Source: Bellilinea caldifistulae
GTDB taxonomy: Bacteria; Chloroflexota; Anaerolineae; Anaerolineales; Anaerolineaceae
DNA length: 32,000 nucleotides
Direction: 5' to 3'
NCBI RefSeq assembly: GCF_001306055.1
Contig: NZ_LGHJ01000011.1
Span: 150,001-182,000 of the forward strand
A model generated the notes under the pieces. It made no database searches and was not told where the DNA came from. It saw only the letters and a list, made by a program, of their open reading frames with translations. Position numbers and translations under genes: made by a program. Of this stretch, positions 10,277-19,856 are shown piece by piece (the stretch's first letter is position 1; every line of letters begins with the position of its first letter).

Positions 10277-11896
10277 TTAAACCGGCTGAACTGCCGACTG
10301 CTCCACACTGCCGTACTGACCGCTGGCCACCAATAACTTGTTCAGGGCAGCCAGGTAGGCTTTGACACTGGCCACCACAATATCCGTATCGGCACCGTAG
10401 CCGCCAAAGGTACGCGGCACTTCAGCCTCGCGCTGCGGGCTGATTTGCAGCAAGGCGTCAATGCCCTCGATGCGCACGGTTACTTCTCCCAGCGCATCAA
10501 TCCCCTCGGTTACGGCGTGCACGACGAATTCCTGCAAGGTATTGGGGGCTTTGACAATCGCATCAATGGCTTTGTAGGCCGCATCCACCGGCCCGGTGCC
10601 CACCGCTGCGCTGACATGCAGCTGACCATCCGGGCCGCGCAGGCGCACGGTGGCGGTGGGCATGCCCATCGTCCCGCAGGCCACCTGTAAACCGTCCAGC
10701 GCAAAGAACTCGCGCGGCTGGTACAATTCGTCCGAAACCAGCGCCTCCAAATCGGCATCGGTGATGGTCTTCTTGCGGTCGGCAAGGTGCTTAAACCGTT
10801 CAAACACCTGATCCATTTCAGACTCATCCAGCGCGTAACCCAGCGCCGCCAGACGGGTGCGCAGGGCGTGCCGCCCGGAGTGCTTGCCCAGAACCAGTTT
10901 GCTCTGTGTAGCCCCAACTGTTTCGGGACGCATGATCTCGTAGGTCAGGGAATGCTTGAGCATCCCGTCTTGATGAATGCCGGCTTCGTGGGCAAAGGCA
11001 TTCGCGCCGACAATCGCCTTGTTGGGCTGCACCGGCAAACCGGTGTAGTTGCTGACCAGTTTACTGATACGGCTGATCTGCGTCGTATCAATGCCGGTGT
11101 GCAGGCCGTAAAACTGCGGGCGGGTGTGGAGCGCCATGACGACCTCCTCCAGGGCGGTATTGCCAGCCCGCTCGCCGATACCGTTGATGGTCACTTCGGC
11201 CTGGCGGGCGCCGGCCCGCAAACCGGCCAGCGTGTTGGCGGTTGCCAGCCCCAGGTCGTTGTGGCAATGCACCGAAACAATGCAGTTTTCGATGCCCGGT
11301 GTGTTCTGGATGATTCCGGCAATCAGCGCGCCAAATTCATCCGGGGTGGTGTAGCCCACCGTATCGGGGATATTCAGGGTGGTTGCCCCGGCGCGGATGG
11401 CAACCGCCAGTACCTCATAGAGGAATTCCGGGTCACTCCGCCCGGCGTCCTCCGGGCTGAACTCGACATCCTCGCACAGACTGCGGGCGTATGCCACCAT
11501 TTCGGCAACCCGTTCCAACACCTGCTGACGGGTCATGCGCAGTTTGTACTGCATGTGAATTTCCGAAGTGGCTAAAAAGGTGTGGATGCGCGGTCGCGCA
11601 GCCGGCTGAACCGCCTGCCAGGCTTTGTCAATATCGCTTTTGGTGGCACGCGCCAGCCCGCAGATGATCGGCACCCGCCCGCCATCCGCCGAATTACCGA
11701 CTTCGATGGCAATCCGGCGCACGGCTTCCAGATCATCCGGCGAGGCCGCCGGGAAGCCAGCCTCGATCACATCCACCCCCAGCCGCGCCAGCCCGCGCGC
11801 CACTTCCAGCTTTTCGGCGCTGGTCATGGTCGCACCGGGCGACTGCTCGCCATCTCGCAGGGTGGTATCGAAAATGCGTACATAGGGTTCGCTCAT
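10277..11896 (-). CDS. leuA: 2-isopropylmalate synthase
   Basis: Contains [11 protein letters not shown] and HCHNDLGLA motifs plus a C-terminal LeuA allosteric domain. The start is ATG 11896, preceded by AGGAGGA; the 31-codon upstream extension in the track overlaps ilvC. Confidence 0.93.
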   Translation of the reverse strand: MSEPYVRIFDTTLRDGEQSPGATMTSAEKLEVARGLARLGVDVIEAGFPAASPDDLEAVRRIAIEVGNSADGGRVPIICGLARATKSDIDKAWQAVQPAARPRIHTFLATSEIHMQYKLRMTRQQVLERVAEMVAYARSLCEDVEFSPEDAGRSDPEFLYEVLAVAIRAGATTLNIPDTVGYTTPDEFGALIAGIIQNTPGIENCIVSVHCHNDLGLATANTLAGLRAGARQAEVTINGIGERAGNTALEEVVMALHTRPQFYGLHTGIDTTQISRISKLVSNYTGLPVQPNKAIVGANAFAHEAGIHQDGMLKHSLTYEIMRPETVGATQSKLVLGKHSGRHALRTRLAALGYALDESEMDQVFERFKHLADRKKTITDADLEALVSDELYQPREFFALDGLQVACGTMGMPTATVRLRGPDGQLHVSAAVGTGPVDAAYKAIDAIVKAPNTLQEFVVHAVTEGIDALGEVTVRIEGIDALLQISPQREAEVPRTFGGYGADTDIVVASVKAYLAALNKLLVASGQYGSVEQSAVQPV

Positions 11897-11925
11897 CGCT
11901 TTCCTCCTGATGAACCGATAAAAAA

Positions 11926-12987
11926 TCAACCGGCGGTTTTTTGCCAGTTTTCGGGGCGCAGGAAGCGCACCATTGCCCCGGCCTGCCACATCTCCGATTC
12001 CCGCATTTGCCGCAGTTCTTCCGCTAATTTTTCCTGATAATCCGGCTGGCTGTTGGCTTCCAGCACGCGGCGGGTTTCTTCCCCGCTGGCAACCGACTGA
12101 TACAGGCGCTCAAAGACCGGCAGGGTAGCGTTGCGGAACTCATGCCGCCAGTCCAGTGCCCCGCGTTGGGCGGTTGCTGAGCAGTTAGCGTACATCCAGT
12201 CCATCCCGTTTTGAGCCACCAGCCGAATAAGGCTTTGGGTCAATTCCTCGACCGTTTCATTAAAAGCCTCCGACGGGGTGTGGCCGTGTGCGCGCAGCGT
12301 TTGATACTGAGCCTCCATGATGCCGGCCAGCGCGCCCATCAGCACGCCGCGTTCACCGGTCAGGTCGGAATACACCTCGTGCTCAAAGGTGGTTTCAAAC
12401 AGATAGCCGGAGCCGATGGCGATGCCCAGCGCCAGCGTGCGCTCGCGTGCCCGGCCGGTGTAATCCTGCGCCACCGCAAAGCTGGAATTGATGCCGCTGC
12501 CTGCCAGAAAATTGGCGCGCACGCTGGTGCCCGAACCTTTCGGGGCGACCATCACCACATCCACATAGGCGGGCGGCACGACACCGGTCTGATCTTTGTA
12601 CACCACCGCAAATCCATGGGAAAAATAGAGGGCATCGCCTTCTTTCAGGCACGGGCGAATGCGCTCCCAGGTCAATTTCTGGGCAGCGTCCGATACCAGG
12701 TACTGCACTACCGTACCGCGCGCCGCGGCTTCTTCCATCGAGAACAGGGTTTCACCCACCACCCAGCCATCCCGCTGAGCCTTCTCCCATGATTTGCCGC
12801 CCGGGTTGACCCCCACGATGACCTTGATGCCGTTATCACGCAAATTCAACGCCTGCGCCGGGCCCTGCACGCCGTACCCCAGCACGGCGACCACTTCATC
12901 CTTCAAAACCTCCTGTGCTTTGCTGAGAGGGAATTCCTCACGGGTTACCACTTCTTCTTCAACGCCTGCAAAGTTCATTTTTGCCAT
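11926..12987 (-). CDS. ilvC: ketol-acid reductoisomerase
   Basis: 353 aa with the Rossmann motif LGYGVQG and a typical IlvC core. SD AGGAGA lies 7 nt upstream. Confidence 0.93.
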   Translation of the reverse strand: MAKMNFAGVEEEVVTREEFPLSKAQEVLKDEVVAVLGYGVQGPAQALNLRDNGIKVIVGVNPGGKSWEKAQRDGWVVGETLFSMEEAAARGTVVQYLVSDAAQKLTWERIRPCLKEGDALYFSHGFAVVYKDQTGVVPPAYVDVVMVAPKGSGTSVRANFLAGSGINSSFAVAQDYTGRARERTLALGIAIGSGYLFETTFEHEVYSDLTGERGVLMGALAGIMEAQYQTLRAHGHTPSEAFNETVEELTQSLIRLVAQNGMDWMYANCSATAQRGALDWRHEFRNATLPVFERLYQSVASGEETRRVLEANSQPDYQEKLAEELRQMRESEMWQAGAMVRFLRPENWQKTAG

Positions 12988-13006
12988 GTTTGCTTCTCCT
13001 CACGTC

Positions 13007-13552
13007 TCAGTTTTCGGAAATTGTTTCGGGGTGCGGGTGGGCCTGCCCGTTGCCGTTGAGCGGCACATACAACGGCGTACTGCCGCGCTCCATGGCGACT
13101 ACGCCGGTGCGCACCATCTCAATGATGCCGAACGGACGCAGCACCTCAACAAAGCCGTCAATTTTTTCCACATCCCCGGTTAATTCAACTATCAAAGATT
13201 GGTTGGTAACATCCACCACCCGCCCGCGGAAGACATCCACCACCTGCATGATTTGGGTGCGGCTTTCGGGCGGAGCCTGCACTTTGATCAGCGCCAGATC
13301 GCGCACCACGCTCTGGGTGTGGGTCAGGTCTTCCACCTGCACCACATTGACCAGCTTATACAGGTAAGCCGTCAACCGCTCGATGGCGAAATCATCTCCT
13401 TCAACCACAATCGTCATGCGCGAGAGACCGGGCTGCTCGGTGTGGCCGACGGTCAGCGATTCGATGTTGAACGCCCGCCGGCGGAAGAGCGAAGCCACGC
13501 GGTTCAGCACGCCGGGTTTGTCTTCAACCAGAACAACCAGTGTATGCGCCAT
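13007..13552 (-). CDS. ilvN: acetolactate synthase small (regulatory, ACT) subunit
   Basis: The LVVLVEDKPGVLNRV ACT motif sits at the N-terminus. The start is probably ATG 13552 (GGAG 6 nt upstream). In-frame starts at 13573, 13570 and 13564 overlap the ilvB stop. Confidence 0.9.
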   Translation of the reverse strand: MAHTLVVLVEDKPGVLNRVASLFRRRAFNIESLTVGHTEQPGLSRMTIVVEGDDFAIERLTAYLYKLVNVVQVEDLTHTQSVVRDLALIKVQAPPESRTQIMQVVDVFRGRVVDVTNQSLIVELTGDVEKIDGFVEVLRPFGIIEMVRTGVVAMERGSTPLYVPLNGNGQAHPHPETISEN

Positions 13553-13569
13553 TTTCCGCTCCATAGTCA

Positions 13570-15288
13570 TCACAATTCATCCTCTCCGGTTTCGACAATC
13601 GCCGTGCGCACCGGACGGCGGATCATGTTGTGCAGGTCGGCCCCGGCCGGCACCATCGGATAGACGCTGTCTTCCTGCTCCACCCGGAAATCAATCACCA
13701 CCGTGCCATCGCTGGCGCGGGCGGTCTCCAAAGCCGCCTGAACATCCTCGCGCCGTTCAACCCGCAAACCGGTCAGCCCGTGTGCCTCAGCCAGTTTGAC
13801 GAAATCCGGGCTGCGCATCGGGGTTGCGGCGTAGCGCCGTTCGTAGAAGAACTCCTGCCACTGGCGCACCATGCCCAGATAGCCGTTGTTGATCACGGCC
13901 ACATTGACCTTGATGCCCTCCTGAGCAGCCGTGGAAAGTTCGGCAGCCGTCATTTGAAAACCGCCGTCACCGACAATCGCCCACACCTCCGCTTCCGGGC
14001 GGGCAAATTTAGCCCCGATGGCGGCCGGCAGGCCAAAGCCCATCGTCCCAAGTCCGCCGGAAGTGATCCACTGGAAAGGCTGGTCCACGCGGTAGTACTG
14101 GGCCGCCCACATCTGGTGCTGGCCCACATCGGTGGTGATGATTGCATCCCCACCGGTGAAACGCCACAGGTCGTGAATCACATGTGCAGCGTACAGATGG
14201 CCGTCCGGCGGCAGGTATTGAATGTCGCGCACGGCGCTTTCGCCTTTCATCTCCTGGATGTGTTCCAACCAGACCGAATGATCCAGCCGGGGCAGGTGTT
14301 CCAGCATGGTTTGCAGCGTTTCCCGCAGGTCGCCGACAATCCCGACATCCACCCGCACGTTCTTGTTGATCTCGGCCGGGTCAATGTCAATGTGAATCTT
14401 GCGGGCATTCGGAGCGTAGGTCTTCAGGTTGCCGGTCACGCGGTCATCAAAGCGCATCCCAAACGCCAGCAGCAGGTCGGCTTCCTGAATGGACTGGTTG
14501 ACCCACGCCTCGCCGTGCATGCCCATCATGCCCAGATTGAGCGGATGCGAAGCCGGAAAACCGCCGATGCCCAGCAGCGTCATCGCCACTGGAATTTGCG
14601 CCCGTTCGGCAAATTCCTGCAATTCACGCATGGCGTTGGAAAGCAGCACGCCCTGCCCGGCCAGAATCAACGGCTTGCGCGCCTGCGCAATCAGTTCAAG
14701 GGCCTGCTCCACCTGCCGGCAAAGCGGGTGACGCTGCGGACGATAACCGCGCAACTTAAGCGGAGCCGGGTCATACTGCCACTCGGTGCTGTTCTGCTGG
14801 GCGTCTTTGGCAATATCCACCAGCACCGGGCCGGGGCGCCCGCTACGGGCAATGTAAAAGGCTTCCCGCAGGGCCGGGCCAACATCCTCCACCCGCGTGA
14901 CCAGGTAATTATGCTTGGTAATCGGCAGGGTGATACCGGTGACGTCCGTTTCCTGAAAGGCATCAAAACCGATGAACCGGCTGACCACCTGCCCGGTGAT
15001 GAAAACGGTCGGCGAAGAGTCCATCATTGCCGTGGCGATGCCGGTGGTCAGGTTGGTAGCGCCCGGCCCGGAAGTCGCCATGGCCACCCCCACCTTGCCG
15101 CTCACCCGCGCATAGGCATCCGCCATGTGGGCTGCACCCTGCTCGTGGCGCACCAGCACATGGTGTACCGGGTAATCCAGCATGGCGTCGTAAATTGGCA
15201 GGTTAGCCCCGCCCGGATAGCCAAACACCACTTCAACCCCCTCACGTTTCAGCACCTCCCAAACAATTTGTGCACCGGTTAATTTCAT
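13570..15288 (-). CDS. ilvB: acetolactate synthase large (catalytic, ThDP) subunit
   Basis: Contains GYPGGA and the ThDP motif GDGGFQM. The start is ATG 15288, preceded by AAGGAGGAAG. Confidence 0.93.
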   Translation of the reverse strand: MKLTGAQIVWEVLKREGVEVVFGYPGGANLPIYDAMLDYPVHHVLVRHEQGAAHMADAYARVSGKVGVAMATSGPGATNLTTGIATAMMDSSPTVFITGQVVSRFIGFDAFQETDVTGITLPITKHNYLVTRVEDVGPALREAFYIARSGRPGPVLVDIAKDAQQNSTEWQYDPAPLKLRGYRPQRHPLCRQVEQALELIAQARKPLILAGQGVLLSNAMRELQEFAERAQIPVAMTLLGIGGFPASHPLNLGMMGMHGEAWVNQSIQEADLLLAFGMRFDDRVTGNLKTYAPNARKIHIDIDPAEINKNVRVDVGIVGDLRETLQTMLEHLPRLDHSVWLEHIQEMKGESAVRDIQYLPPDGHLYAAHVIHDLWRFTGGDAIITTDVGQHQMWAAQYYRVDQPFQWITSGGLGTMGFGLPAAIGAKFARPEAEVWAIVGDGGFQMTAAELSTAAQEGIKVNVAVINNGYLGMVRQWQEFFYERRYAATPMRSPDFVKLAEAHGLTGLRVERREDVQAALETARASDGTVVIDFRVEQEDSVYPMVPAGADLHNMIRRPVRTAIVETGEDEL

Positions 15289-15349
15289 TGCTTCCTCCTT
15301 TGACGAATGATGAAAATGACGGCTCAATAGAATGAATGAGTAATCCTTC

Positions 15350-17017
15350 TCAACACATCAGCACCGCCCCCGTATCGGCGCTGGTAACAAACTGCTGATA
15401 GCGGCGCAGCCAGCGGCTGGTCGTGCGCGGTTGAAAGGGCGGCAGTTCTGCCAGCCGACGGGCAATTTCCTCGTCGCTCAGGTGCACGTTCAGGCTGCGC
15501 TCATCGAGGTTGATTTCAATCACATCACCGGGCTTGAGCGCCGCAATTGGACCTCCGGCCGCCGCCTCCGGAGAAACATGCCCAATGCAGGCGCCGCGTG
15601 TGCCACCCGAAAAACGCCCGTCGGTGATCAGGGCCACCTTATCGCCCAGTCCCATGCCCATGATGGCGCTGGTCGGGCTGAGCATCTCCTGCATGCCCGG
15701 TCCGCCCTTCGGGCCTTCGTAGCGGATGACCACCACATCGCCGGGCTGGACTTCGTGGGCGAGAATGCCGCGCAGGGCATCTTCCTGCGATTCGTAAATC
15801 CGCGCCGGCCCGCTGAAACGGCGCATATTCGCCGAAACACCGCCGGTCTTGACCACCGAACCGCGCGGCGCCAGATTGCCGAAGAGGATCGCCAGCCCGC
15901 CGTCGGTTGAGTGGGCGTTCTCCCAGCGGCGGATGACCTCTTCATCGCGGATTTCTGCTCCCTGCAGGTTCTCCCCCATCGTTTTACCGCTCACGGTCGG
16001 GCGGTCGAGGTGCAGCATGCCCGTAGCGCGCTGAATTTCGTTCAAAATCGCCGGGATACCGCCGGCGCGGTGGACATCTTCCATGTGCCACTTGCCGGCC
16101 GGGCTGACCTTGCACAAGTGACGCACCTTTGCCGATACCTGATTGATCCGTTCAAGCGAGTAGGGAAATCCGGCTTCGTTGCAGATGGCCAGGGCGTGCA
16201 GGATGGTGTTGGTTGAGCCGCCCATCGCCATATCCAGCGCAAAGGCGTCGTCCATCGCCTCGGGGGTGATGATGTCGCGCGGGCGCAGGTCGCGCTCGAC
16301 CAGATCCAAAATCAACCCGGCCGCCCGTTGAGCCAGTTCCTCGCGCTCCGGCGTATTCGCCAGCGCCGAGCCGTTGTAGGGCAGAGCAATCCCCAGCGCT
16401 TCCATCAGGCAGTTCATGCTGTTGGCGGTAAACATGCCGGAACACGAACCGCACGAGGGGCAGGCGTAATCTTCCAGCACTTTCAGTCGGCTGCGACTCA
16501 TCCGGCCGGCCTGCACCGCTCCAACCCCCTCGAAGACCGAGATCAGGTCAATCACCTCGCCATCCGGGGTGCGCCCGGCCGCCATCGGCCCACCGGAGAT
16601 GAAAATGGCCGGAATGTTGACCCGCACAGCCCCCATCAACATGCCCGGAACGATTTTGTCGCAATTGGGAATGCATACCATGCCATCGAAGGGGTGGGCG
16701 GAAATCATCGTCTCAATCGAGTCGGCAATCAGCTCGCGTGAGGGCAGCGAAAACTTCATCCCCTCGTGTCCCATGGCGATACCGTCATCCACGGCAATCG
16801 TGTTGAACTCAAACGGCACACCGCCAGCAGCGCGGACGGCTTCTTTGATCTTTTTTCCAAATGCCTGCAAGTGAACATGACCGGGGACGATATCCACATA
16901 GGAATTGACAATCGCAATAAACGGCTTACCCAAATCGGCATCGGTTACGCCGGTGGCTTTGAGTAAAGCCCGGTGAGGTGCAAATTCAAGTCTGGTTTTG
17001 ATGGGAGTGGAGCGCAT
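15350..17017 (-). CDS. ilvD: dihydroxy-acid dehydratase
   Basis: 555 aa with [11 protein letters not shown] and CPSCGSC Fe-S motifs. It is the first gene of the operon. Confidence 0.94.
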   Translation of the reverse strand: MRSTPIKTRLEFAPHRALLKATGVTDADLGKPFIAIVNSYVDIVPGHVHLQAFGKKIKEAVRAAGGVPFEFNTIAVDDGIAMGHEGMKFSLPSRELIADSIETMISAHPFDGMVCIPNCDKIVPGMLMGAVRVNIPAIFISGGPMAAGRTPDGEVIDLISVFEGVGAVQAGRMSRSRLKVLEDYACPSCGSCSGMFTANSMNCLMEALGIALPYNGSALANTPEREELAQRAAGLILDLVERDLRPRDIITPEAMDDAFALDMAMGGSTNTILHALAICNEAGFPYSLERINQVSAKVRHLCKVSPAGKWHMEDVHRAGGIPAILNEIQRATGMLHLDRPTVSGKTMGENLQGAEIRDEEVIRRWENAHSTDGGLAILFGNLAPRGSVVKTGGVSANMRRFSGPARIYESQEDALRGILAHEVQPGDVVVIRYEGPKGGPGMQEMLSPTSAIMGMGLGDKVALITDGRFSGGTRGACIGHVSPEAAAGGPIAALKPGDVIEINLDERSLNVHLSDEEIARRLAELPPFQPRTTSRWLRRYQQFVTSADTGAVLMC

Positions 17018-17046
17018 GGTTCTTCCTCTGGCGATAACGGGTTATC

Positions 17047-17078
17047 AAAAAAGACCGCCCGGTTGGGCGGTCTTTTTT
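17047..17078 (-). terminator. intrinsic terminator (attenuator) 29 nt upstream of the ilvD ATG
   Basis: Minus strand reads AAAAAAGACCGCCC-AACC-GGGCGGTCTTTTTT: a 9-bp GC-rich stem, a 4-nt loop and a U-tract. ACCGCCCAA (17071..17063) is complementary to TTGGGCGGT (17145..17137) inside the leader ORF. Confidence 0.8.
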
Positions 17079-17102
17079 CTTTGCTATGCGTTAGGTCTGA
17101 GT

Positions 17103-17222
17103 TTATCTGCTTCTGGACTCTCCTGCGCTCACTCTTACCGCCCAAACGGGTAATGGGTTCTCGAGTACAATAACGAGAACCAAAATCGCGATAAGAATGA
17201 ACAGGGAGAAGAACGAAATCAT
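17103..17222 (-). CDS. candidate ilv/leu leader peptide, 39 aa: MISFFSLFILIAILVLVIVLENPLPVWAVRVSAGESRSR
   Basis: The ORF lies between the promoter and the terminator. Residues 7-20 are 12/14 Ile/Leu/Val, and there are 3 Phe at positions 4, 5 and 8. The SD is weak. It is too short to appear in the ORF track. Confidence 0.6.
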   Translation of the reverse strand: MISFFSLFILIAILVLVIVLENPLPVWAVRVSAGESRSR

Positions 17223-17261
17223 CGGGGGATAAATTTTTCCAAATTGGGGAAATTTCGCCCT

Positions 17262-17290
17262 ATTGTAGGACAATTGGAGTCAAAAGTCAA
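17262..17290 (-). promoter_or_regulatory. sigma70-type promoter for the ilv/leu leader and operon
   Basis: TTGACT (17290..17285), a 17-nt spacer, then TACAAT (17267..17262). An A/T-rich UP-like tract lies upstream. Confidence 0.65.
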
Positions 17291-17333
17291 GTACCTTTCA
17301 AAAATTTTAACCTTTTCTTTACATTGGTGGAGT

Positions 17334-18389
17334 TCAAGACACATACCCCAACCGTACCATCAACTCGGCGTTGAGCAGCGAGCCGCCGGCCGCCCCGCGG
17401 ATGGTGTTGTGCGAAAGCACCGTCAGGCGCAGGTCAAAGAGAGCATCCGGGCGCACCCGTCCCACCACCGTCGTCATGCCCCGGCCGGTCATCCGGTCAA
17501 GGCGCGGCTGGGGGCGGTTTTCCTCCTCGCGCACCACAATCACCGGTCGGGCTACCGAAGGCAGATCCGCCACCGGAGCGGGAGCTTCGTACTCTGCCAG
17601 TACAGCGGCAGCCTGTTCGGGAGCAGCCCGCCCAGCCAGTTCGACCGAAAGACACACTAAATGACCGTCGGTCACTGCCACCCGGTTGGTATGCGCCGAA
17701 ATGCCGAATTCGGCAAGGCGGATCTCCTCGCCTTCCAGTTTGCCCAGCATCTTGCGCGGTTCCCACTCGACCTTGTCCTCCTCACCGCTGATAAACGGGA
17801 TGACATTATCGGCAATATCCAGCGAGGCAACCCCGGGGTAACCCGCCCCGGAAAGGGCCTGCAGCGAAACGGCAAACACCCGCTTCAAGCCAAAGGCGTC
17901 TTGCAGGGCTTTGAGGGCAATCGTCATGCCGGTGCTGGTGCAGTTCGGGTTGGTGGTAATCCAGCCCGTCCAGCCGCGCCGCCTGCGCTGAACTTCAACC
18001 AGGCGGGCATGTTCCGGATTCACCTCCGGAATGAGCAGCGGCACATCCGGCTCACGGCGGTAGGCGGAAGCATTCGAACACACCCCAATCCCGGCTTGCG
18101 CCAGGGCGGGCTCAACCTGACGGGCGATATCGGCTGGCAGCGCCGAAAACGCCAGACGAGCCCCGTTGAGCGATTCGGCTTCACTGGGCAGCACCGGCAT
18201 CATCCTCGCCCAATCGGGCATTGGCTCTGGCAACAGCCAGCGGCACACCTCGCCGTAGGTTTTTCCATGGCCGCGCTCCGAACCGGTCAACGCCACCACC
18301 TCGAACCACGGATGATTGTCCAGCAACTGCACAAAACGCTGGCCGACGCTGCCGGTTGCGGCCAGCACGGCAACCGGAATCTTGCTCAT
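17334..18389 (-). CDS. asd: aspartate-semialdehyde dehydrogenase
   Basis: 351 aa with VLAATGSVGQ NAD(P)-binding and NPNCTSTG active-site Cys motifs. Its start overlaps the aspartate kinase stop by 4 nt. Confidence 0.92.
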   Translation of the reverse strand: MSKIPVAVLAATGSVGQRFVQLLDNHPWFEVVALTGSERGHGKTYGEVCRWLLPEPMPDWARMMPVLPSEAESLNGARLAFSALPADIARQVEPALAQAGIGVCSNASAYRREPDVPLLIPEVNPEHARLVEVQRRRRGWTGWITTNPNCTSTGMTIALKALQDAFGLKRVFAVSLQALSGAGYPGVASLDIADNVIPFISGEEDKVEWEPRKMLGKLEGEEIRLAEFGISAHTNRVAVTDGHLVCLSVELAGRAAPEQAAAVLAEYEAPAPVADLPSVARPVIVVREEENRPQPRLDRMTGRGMTTVVGRVRPDALFDLRLTVLSHNTIRGAAGGSLLNAELMVRLGYVS

Positions 18390-19828
18390 GCCTGCACCTC
18401 CTGATGGGGAATGACCTGACGATGCAATGTGCGTACCGCCGCCTGGGTGTCCTCGTCCTTCAGCACAAAACTGATCGAGACCTCCGATGAACCCTGCGCG
18501 ATGGCGATCACGTTGATGCCCTGTTCGCCAAGTGCGCTGAACACCTTACCGGCGACCCCCGGCGTGCTGCGCATCCCCTCACCCACCACCGTGAGGATGA
18601 CCACCTCATCGGTTGCCCACACCCGGTCAATGTCCTTGCCCTGAATTTCGCGGTAAAACTCGTTCTGAATGGCGGCAATCACCCGCTCGGCTGCCGCAGC
18701 CGGTACGGCAATGCAGATGGCCTGCTCGGAAGATGCCTGCGAGATGAGCGAGATGTTGGTGCCGGTGGAGGCAATTGCCGCAAAAGTGCGCGCCGCCACA
18801 CCCGGCACACCCAGCATACCACGCCCCTCGACGGTAACCAGTTTCATCCCGCGGATGGCGGTAACCGATTTGACAATGCTGGAATGATTTTCGGGGGGTT
18901 TTTCGGCCACCAGCCGCGTGCCGGGATGATCCGGGTTGAAGGTGTTCAGCACGCGCAGGCCAATGCCGGCTTCGATCACCGGACGGATGGTTTTGGGGTG
19001 CAGCACCTTGGCGCCGGCGTAAGCCAGTTCGGCCACCTCGCGAAAGGTCAGTTCCTCGATGGTATGCGCCTCCGGTACGATGCGCGGATCGGCGCTCATC
19101 ACGCCGTCCACATCCGTCCAGATCCAGACTTCGTCAGCCGGCAGAGCCGCCCCCAGCAGAGCAGCCGTGTAATCCGAGCCGCCCCGTCCAAGGGTGGTTA
19201 CTACGCCGCTGCGGGTTGCGCCGATGAAGCCGGTCACCACCGGGACGATGCCCCTTTGCAGGAGAGGCGGCAGCACCTCACGCACCGCCGTCTGGGTCGC
19301 CGTCCATTCCGGGTAGGCAGATTGATGGTGATCATCCGTGATGATCAGGCTGGTTGCCTCAACCACCTGAGCCGGGCAGCCCTGTTCCTGAAGAGCAGCT
19401 GCCAGCAGACGCACCGCCATGCGTTCCCCCAGCGAGGAAACCGCATCCAGCGCCCGCGGGGTAGCCTCACCGAGGATATAAATCGCCAGACACAGCGATG
19501 CAAAATCGCCGATCATCCGCTCGATTTCGGCACGCACGGCTGCGGCGCGGTTGGACTCACACACCAGAGCGTTCAGAACTTCCTCGTGGCGGGCGGTCAG
19601 AGTCTGAGTTGCCTGCTGGTACACTTCGGCATCCCCGTGCGCTGCAGCCGTTGCGCTGCGCAGCAGCAAGTCGGTCACCCCCGAAAGGGCCGAAGTGACA
19701 ACGGTCAGGTAAGGCGAGCGGCTTTTCTGACGGATGATAATCTCCACCGTCTGACGCATGGCCGCCGGACTGCCCACCGACGTCCCGCCAAATTTCATCA
19801 CCAGATTTTGTGGATTGGATAAAGACAC
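18386..19828 (-). CDS. aspartate kinase with C-terminal ACT domains
   Basis: 480 aa with the KFGGTSVGS N-terminal motif, an amino-acid kinase fold and tandem ACT-like C-terminal regions. Confidence 0.9.
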   Translation of the reverse strand: MSLSNPQNLVMKFGGTSVGSPAAMRQTVEIIIRQKSRSPYLTVVTSALSGVTDLLLRSATAAAHGDAEVYQQATQTLTARHEEVLNALVCESNRAAAVRAEIERMIGDFASLCLAIYILGEATPRALDAVSSLGERMAVRLLAAALQEQGCPAQVVEATSLIITDDHHQSAYPEWTATQTAVREVLPPLLQRGIVPVVTGFIGATRSGVVTTLGRGGSDYTAALLGAALPADEVWIWTDVDGVMSADPRIVPEAHTIEELTFREVAELAYAGAKVLHPKTIRPVIEAGIGLRVLNTFNPDHPGTRLVAEKPPENHSSIVKSVTAIRGMKLVTVEGRGMLGVPGVAARTFAAIASTGTNISLISQASSEQAICIAVPAAAAERVIAAIQNEFYREIQGKDIDRVWATDEVVILTVVGEGMRSTPGVAGKVFSALGEQGINVIAIAQGSSEVSISFVLKDEDTQAAVRTLHRQVIPHQEVQA

Positions 19829-19856
19829 TTTAAAAACACCTCACTTTCCTGTACCA

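Noticed and set aside
11897-11989. N-terminal extensions proposed by the ORF track for leuA (31 aa), ilvB (13 aa, 15289..15327), gdh (20 aa, 23529..23588), leuB (7 aa, 6388..6408), lysY (6 aa, 29633..29650) and ilvN (7 aa, 13553..13573).
   Set aside because: In each case an internal ATG is preceded by a strong AGGAGG-type or GGAG-type SD at 6-12 nt (for lysY, by an ATGA stop/start overlap with lysX instead) and coincides with the conserved family N-terminus. The extensions overlap the upstream gene or the SD itself.
16945-17145. 66-aa minus-strand ORF (MGGKSERRR...) and the plus-strand ORF 16973..17173 overlapping the ilv leader.
   Set aside because: Both run through the terminator hairpin and into ilvD in the wrong frame, and neither has an RBS. 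The ILV-rich frame, with its promoter/terminator geometry, explains the region better.
17018-17260. T-box riboswitch, as in the Firmicute ilv-leu operon.
   Set aside because: I could not find the conserved T-box core (…GGTGGTACCGCG…-like) or a specifier-loop/AG-bulge arrangement. At ~235 nt the leader is long enough, but the translated ILV run is the more specific signal. An Infernal scan would be decisive.
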